From positions 1-24,317 of the forward strand of contig JANRKM010000012.1 in NCBI GenBank assembly GCA_033763475.1: DNA of 24,317 bases. Reading direction: 5' to 3'. The position numbers and the translations under genes are program-made. The stretch's first letter is position 1. Each line of letters opens with the position of its first letter. The DNA is from Kofleriaceae bacterium. GTDB taxonomy: Bacteria; Myxococcota_A; Polyangia; Haliangiales; Haliangiaceae. The notes under the pieces were generated by a model, which worked only from the letters and a program-made list of their open reading frames with translations, searched no databases and was not told the DNA's origin. Below are positions 23,987 through 24,317 of the stretch, one piece after another.

Positions 23987-24317
23987 GCCGCGAGGGTGGC
24001 GCGCCGCGAGACCGCGCAGCTGCTGCAGCTCTGCGCGTGGACATCAACCACGCGTGCGTCGAGCGCTGTGGCTCGCAGGCCTACCAGCAGCTCGAACAGT
24101 GGGGGGCTGCACCACGCCCCAGTGGCCTTACAGTGATGGAGTAGGTGGTCTGTACCGTCAGGCTACGATGACCGCATGAGGGTCCTCGTTGGTGCGATCT
24201 CGGTGGCGGTGATTCGCCCGCGAGGCAGGCGCCGACGGGGCCGGTGTCGACGAGTCCGGCCGCCCCGAGTGTTGCGAGTACGTTGCCGCTGGTGGGGCGC
24301 GGCATGCGCTCACGAAC

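Overview
This 24.3-kb window is high-GC (about 68–70%) and reads like an accessory region of a myxobacterial / deltaproteobacterial-type chromosome. About 25 coding regions can be supported. They are dominated by lipoproteins and secreted or membrane proteins: a glycine-zipper lipoprotein, two large S/T/G-rich lipoproteins, a WD40 beta-propeller lipoprotein, an outer-membrane beta-barrel, a YARHG-domain secreted protein, a tandem CXXCH cytochrome and a protein with three CarboxypepD_reg-like domains. Recognisable cytoplasmic families are a frameshifted Uma2 endonuclease, DUF1697, a CdnL/CarD-family RNAP-binding protein with an extra C-terminal domain, a SUFU-family protein and an Imm35/YrhB immunity protein. 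A histone-H1-like/VOC fusion gene lies divergently next to the CdnL-like gene. Positions 19.9–22.7 kb look like a decayed integrative element with lower GC. It holds a transposase C-terminal fragment, a P4-like integrase remnant with an internal deletion, the orphan Imm35 gene and 69-bp tandem repeats. Several sequence-level signals are not explained by the genes. First, a family of intergenic palindromes TGTCCGG-N2-3-CCGGACA, one of which sits inside a 106-bp MITE-like inverted-repeat element. Second, two homopolymer-tract frameshifts at signal-peptide junctions of secreted proteins. Third, interleaved palindromes upstream of the YARHG gene. Fourth, a recurring CTATGCGC / TGCGCATC motif, including an identical 12-mer at two loci. 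Fifth, a gene-free 800-bp stretch with a dense GATC cluster. Many long antisense ORFs in the track are Arg-rich artefacts of the GC content and were rejected. All calls come from reading the sequence; no database search was run.
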